A model generated the notes under the pieces. The model was not told the DNA's origin. It made no database searches and was given only the letters and a program-made list of their open reading frames with translations. Shown in pieces: positions 15,816 to 19,527 of a stretch of DNA of 19,527 bases. Location: positions 1-19,527 of the forward strand of contig JBGAOA010000032.1 of assembly GCA_044222065.1 (NCBI GenBank). The letters run 5' to 3'. Position 1 is the first letter of the stretch; every line of letters starts with the position of its first letter. The position numbers and the translations under genes are program-made. This stretch comes from Candidatus Eiseniibacteriota bacterium (GTDB taxonomy: Bacteria; Eisenbacteria; RBG-16-71-46).

Positions 15816-17882
15816 TCAGCGCGAGACGACGAACTTGCGCGCGCTCGATTCGTCCCCCGAATCGAGGCGCGCGAAGTAGACGCCGCCCGGAAGCCTCGTG
15901 GCGTCGAGCGCGGCCGCGTGTTCGCCCGGCCCGCGCACGCCGTCGAGCAGCGTCGCCACGGCGCGTCCGTGCACGTCGCACACGGTGAGCCGCACGTGCG
16001 CCTCGCGCGCGAGCGTGAAGCGCAGCGTCGTCGCGCCCGCGAGCGGGCTCGGCGCGACCGGAGCGAGCGCCGCCGTCGCGGCGGCCGCTTCCGGCGCGTC
16101 CGCGGTCGCGCCCGGGATCAGCCGGAACGCGATGCCGTCGTACGCGAGGCCCGCGACGATGCGCGAGCCGATCACCGCGACGGTCTGCACGTTCGGCGAC
16201 GGGATGTCGTCCGTGAGCCCGCTCCACGACGCCCCCGAGTCGGCGCTCGCATAGACGCCGTTCCCGGTGGCCGCGACGAGCAGGCCGTTCGAGGCGGCGA
16301 GCTGGCGCACGTAGAGGTTTCCGAGCCCGAGGTTCGACGGCGCCCAGCTGCCGCCGTCGTCGTTCGAGCGGAACACGCCGCCGAACGCCGTGCCGGCGAA
16401 ACGCCACGGGCCGAGCGCCGCGAGCGCGAAGCAGGTCGGGTTCGTGAGGCCGTTGTTGACGTCGGTCCACGTGTCGCCCGCGTCGGTGGAGCGGAACACG
16501 CCGCCGCCCGACGTGGCGGCGAACAGCGACGAGCCGGCCGAGAGGAGGCGCCAGACGTTCGGGTTCGTGAGGCCGTTGTTCACGGGCGTCCAGCTCACGC
16601 CCTGATCGGACGAGCGGTGCACGCCGCCGGACGTGGCCGCGAACACGTATCCGCCGTGCGCGACGAAGTCGAGCGTGTAGCGCACGGTGAGCCCCGTGCT
16701 CACGTCGTTCCACGTGGCGCCGTCGTTCGTCGAACGGAACGCGCCGTCGTACGTGCCGGCGAGCAGGTAGCCCGGCTGCGGCGAGAGCGCGAGCACGTTC
16801 GGGTTCGGCACCGCGCCAAGCGGCTGCCAGGTCGAGCCGCGCGTCGTGGAGACGAACACGCCGGTGCCGCTCGTGCCGGCGTAGAGGTTCGTGCCGTCCG
16901 ACACGATCGTGAACGGCGACACCGCCTCGATGCCCGCGTTGACCGCGTTCCAGCTCGCGCCGTGGTCGAGCGAGCGATACACGCCGCCGCCGGTCGTGGC
17001 CGCGAACAGCAGCGCGCCCTTCGGGACGATCGAGCGCACGCGCAGGTCGACGATGCCGTTGGACGCCGGCGACCACGACGCACCGGCGTTCACGCTCACG
17101 AACAGGCCGCGGTCGAACGTGCCGGCGAAGAGCCGCGTGCCGTCGAACGCGAGTGCGGCGATCGCGCCCTGCGTGATGCCGGTCGTCGCCGGGGACCACG
17201 TCGCGCCGTTGTCGACCGAGCGGTAGACGCCGCCGCCGAACGTGCCCGCGAACACGTCGGCGCCCGCGCCGACGAGCGCTTCGACGGTGCTGCCCGGGAG
17301 CCCCGTGCCGGGCCCGCTCCAAGCGCCCGCGCCGTCGGCGAGCCGGTAGACGCCGCCGTCGATCGTGCCGGCGTAGAGATCGGTGCCGCGCAGTCCGAGC
17401 GACCACACGCCGCGATTCGTGAGCCCGGCGTTCACCGGCGACCACGACTGGCCCTGGTCGGCCGAGACGTACACGCCCGAGTCGCGGACCGCCGCGTACA
17501 CGTTCGCGCCGCGCGTGACGATGCCGGCGAACTGCGAGCCCGGAATGCCGCCGCTCGACCACGACCAGTGCGCGCCGCCGTCGGTGGAACGGAACAGCCC
17601 CGCGCCCGGACAGCCGACGAGATCCACGGCGCCGATCGAGCCGAGCGCGTACGAGAACGGCGACCACACGCCTTCGTGCGCCCACGACCACGTGAGGCCG
17701 TCGTCGGTCGAGCGATAGGTGCCGCCGCCGTGCGTGCCCGCGAAGATCGTCGCGCCGTGCACGCCGAGCACTTGCACGTGGCCGCCGAAGACGCCGATCG
17801 CGGGGACCCACTGGGCGGAGGCGGGTGAGGCGAGCGCGCAAGCGAGCGCGGCCGCGGCGAAGAGCGACGGGACTCGACGCAT
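15816..17882 (-). CDS. Secreted BNR/Asp-box repeat beta-propeller protein with C-terminal T9SS/FlgD-like domain
   Basis: AAGGAG upstream of ATG 17882. Signal peptide ending ASA-QW. Thirteen ~41-aa repeats with G(V/L)(Y/F)xSxDxGxxW. C-terminal APSP..TTLRFTL..DVHGRAVATL..LPGGVYFARL..RKFVVSR. 688 aa. Confidence 0.9.
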   Translation of the reverse strand: MRRVPSLFAAAALACALASPASAQWVPAIGVFGGHVQVLGVHGATIFAGTHGGGTYRSTDDGLTWSWAHEGVWSPFSYALGSIGAVDLVGCPGAGLFRSTDGGAHWSWSSGGIPGSQFAGIVTRGANVYAAVRDSGVYVSADQGQSWSPVNAGLTNRGVWSLGLRGTDLYAGTIDGGVYRLADGAGAWSGPGTGLPGSTVEALVGAGADVFAGTFGGGVYRSVDNGATWSPATTGITQGAIAALAFDGTRLFAGTFDRGLFVSVNAGASWSPASNGIVDLRVRSIVPKGALLFAATTGGGVYRSLDHGASWNAVNAGIEAVSPFTIVSDGTNLYAGTSGTGVFVSTTRGSTWQPLGAVPNPNVLALSPQPGYLLAGTYDGAFRSTNDGATWNDVSTGLTVRYTLDFVAHGGYVFAATSGGVHRSSDQGVSWTPVNNGLTNPNVWRLLSAGSSLFAATSGGGVFRSTDAGDTWTDVNNGLTNPTCFALAALGPWRFAGTAFGGVFRSNDDGGSWAPSNLGLGNLYVRQLAASNGLLVAATGNGVYASADSGASWSGLTDDIPSPNVQTVAVIGSRIVAGLAYDGIAFRLIPGATADAPEAAAATAALAPVAPSPLAGATTLRFTLAREAHVRLTVCDVHGRAVATLLDGVRGPGEHAAALDATRLPGGVYFARLDSGDESSARKFVVSR

Positions 17883-18031
17883 GATCCGGAACTCCTTCGT
17901 TCGAGGGTGACGGGGAGCGGTGCAGGTCGGGGTGCGGCCTCGAGGCGGCGCGCGAGTTCCGGAGAGCGGCGAGCGTCGCGATTCGCAGACTACGCGCGCC
18001 GGAACCGCGCGGCGAGCGGAAAGTGCGCGGA

Positions 18032-19267
18032 TCATGCCGGCGCCGCGGGGCCGGGCCCGGGACGTTGCGGAAGCGCGGGCCGCGCGGGAGCGAGCGTGCG
18101 GAGTGCGGCGTGCAGGCGCGTTTCGAGGGGCGCATCCCCCAGCGCTTCCGTCTGCTCGGCGGCTCGCCGTGCGCGTTCGAGCGGAACGCCGAGGTGACGC
18201 AGCCAGGGGATCACGCTCGCGTCGGCATCCTGCTCGCGGGCGTGCGTCCTGCGACGCTCCTCGGCCGCGCGCTCCCGCTTCGTTTGCACGAAGCGCTCGC
18301 CGAATGCCCGCTCGGCTTCGTACTGGTTGTGTGCACGGCAGCGCAGTCTGAGATTGCCGACGGTCGAAGCGCCGCCTTGCGCGATCGGCAGCACGTGATC
18401 GAGTTCGAGGCGTGTGCGTGAGTCGCAGCGCTGGCCGTTCGTGCCGACGAACGTGCAGCGTGATCCGTCGCGCGCCCACACGGCACGCTTCACTTCGGCG
18501 GGCACGTAGCGCGACTTCCCGTCGCTCGTGCGGCGGCCCGGGCGCGTCGTCGCGCCGGTGCGCCGCTTCTCGAGCTGCGCGATCAGCGCGTCGAGCGCGC
18601 GATCGAGCACCTGCGCGACGTTCTTGTCGGGGATCGCGTGGCTCAGAAGCTCCCGCGCGCGTTCGAGCTTGCGCTGCGTGTCGCCCGAGATCGTGACTTG
18701 CAGCGCGAAGCGTTCGGGGGCGAGGGGCGTCGTGCGCGAGGCCAGCGAGCGATCGACGGGCGCGGGGGTCTCGTCACGATGCGTCCGTTCAACTGGTTCC
18801 GGAACCAGTTCGTTGCCGCTATCGGCGGCGTCGAGCGGCGTCACGCACGCCGGCACGTCGGGTCGCGGGAAGTGCTCCGCGAGCAGCGTCTCGACCTCGT
18901 GCTTCGTGCGACCGGCCGCCGCCCGAAGGAGTTCGTCGGCGTTGGCCTGCGTGAGGTGCGGCGCCAGCTTCACGGCTGCCGTGAGGCTGAGCGATCCGGC
19001 CGCCAGCATCTCGAAGACTGTCGGGAACTCGCGTCCCGCCCGCGCAGCCTGGATGCGCTTGAACGCTTCGTCCTCCGAAAAGCGCAGCTCGCGCACGCAG
19101 TAGGCGCGCATGGACGCGCAGGCGAGCGGCGCGTACAGGCGGCGGGCGTCCACTTCTGCGAGATGCGCGAGCAGTTCGGCCGTCGTCAGGCGTTCGCGAG
19201 CGGCGAGCGCGCGTAGCGCGACCAGCAGGGAATCGTCGGCGAGATGGCTCAGTGAATAGCGCTTCAC
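18032..19267 (-). CDS. HNH endonuclease-domain protein with DUF222-like helical N-terminal region
   Basis: GTG 19267 with GGAG upstream. N-terminus LSHLADDSLL..ELLAHLAEVDARRLY..YCVRELRFSEDEAFKRIQAAR. HNH/zinc region RYVPAEVKRAVWARDGSRCTF..RC..LELDHVLPIAQGG..NLRLRCRAHN. 411 aa. Confidence 0.88.
   Translation of the reverse strand: MKRYSLSHLADDSLLVALRALAARERLTTAELLAHLAEVDARRLYAPLACASMRAYCVRELRFSEDEAFKRIQAARAGREFPTVFEMLAAGSLSLTAAVKLAPHLTQANADELLRAAAGRTKHEVETLLAEHFPRPDVPACVTPLDAADSGNELVPEPVERTHRDETPAPVDRSLASRTTPLAPERFALQVTISGDTQRKLERARELLSHAIPDKNVAQVLDRALDALIAQLEKRRTGATTRPGRRTSDGKSRYVPAEVKRAVWARDGSRCTFVGTNGQRCDSRTRLELDHVLPIAQGGASTVGNLRLRCRAHNQYEAERAFGERFVQTKRERAAEERRRTHAREQDADASVIPWLRHLGVPLERARRAAEQTEALGDAPLETRLHAALRTLAPARPALPQRPGPGPAAPA
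18791..18810. repeat. Perfect 20-bp palindrome within the HNH gene
   Basis: AACTGGTTCC|GGAACCAGTT, with no spacer and no mismatch. Confidence 0.95.
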
Positions 19268-19527
19268 GACGCAACTCCGCCGGGGGCGAGTCACGGGGGC
19301 TGCGCGCTCTTCATAGCACGAGCACTTTCGGGCGCCGTGCGTGCGCGGAGCCGCGCGATCGCGGCGCGTCGAGAGATCGCGCGAACGCTCACACGCAGGA
19401 ACTCGCGCACGCCGATCGTCGGCGCGCGAGCGCGACGCCACGGGACGCGCGGCGACATTCGCGCGATTCGCCCCGAGAAGTCGTCAAGCGCATTCGTCGC
19501 GAGCGAAGAGAGAAAGGCGGCCCGCCG

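Noticed and set aside
16130..17810. Periodic nucleotide repeats resembling a CRISPR or tandem array
   Set aside because: They are degenerate, in-frame protein (Asp-box) repeats. There are no identical repeats with unique spacers and no cas genes.
1279..18479. Many long Arg/Ala-rich ORFs (e.g. 1295..2803, 2319..4259, 2735..4435, 6368..7903, 13197..15629, 13211..15988, 15529..18135) and 5' extensions of real genes
   Set aside because: Typical stop-poor alternative frames of high-GC DNA. They overlap genes with clear family motifs and have none of their own.
18300..18512. HNH protein as a Cas9/IscB-like RNA-guided nuclease
   Set aside because: No RuvC motifs, PLMP N-terminus or recognisable guide RNA or array are visible.
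18019..19329. GAAAGTGC (18019-18026) / GCACTTTC (19322-19329) as terminal inverted repeats around the HNH gene
   Set aside because: Only 8 bp of perfect match, no target-site duplication seen, and the right copy lies within the likely promoter. Insufficient without an empty-site comparison.

Overview
Very GC-rich bacterial DNA, densely coding, with about 15 real genes; most long ORFs in the supplied track are antisense or out-of-frame shadows. From left to right: a minus-strand GspE/PilB-like gene missed by the ORF track (MshEN N-terminus, degenerate ATPase motifs, runs off the left edge); a class-V PLP enzyme, a small membrane protein, a secreted M28 peptidase and another membrane protein; a minus-strand run of OmpR-type response regulator, histidine kinase, lipocalin and dienelactone hydrolase; divergent from it, a 29-codon uORF, TolC, MacA-like adaptor and MacB-like permease with no ATPase gene; two convergent secreted beta-propeller proteins with FlgD-Ig/T9SS-like C-terminal domains; and a DUF222-like/HNH nuclease gene carrying a perfect 20-bp palindrome. 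The main non-coding signals are a 35-bp inverted repeat between the two-component system and the efflux operon, and stems that could occlude ribosome-binding sites. No rRNA, tRNA, CRISPR array or transposase was recognised. High GC together with FlgD-Ig-tailed secreted proteins suggests an FCB-related lineage such as Ca. Eisenbacteria (inference only). All family calls come from motif recognition by eye, not database searches.
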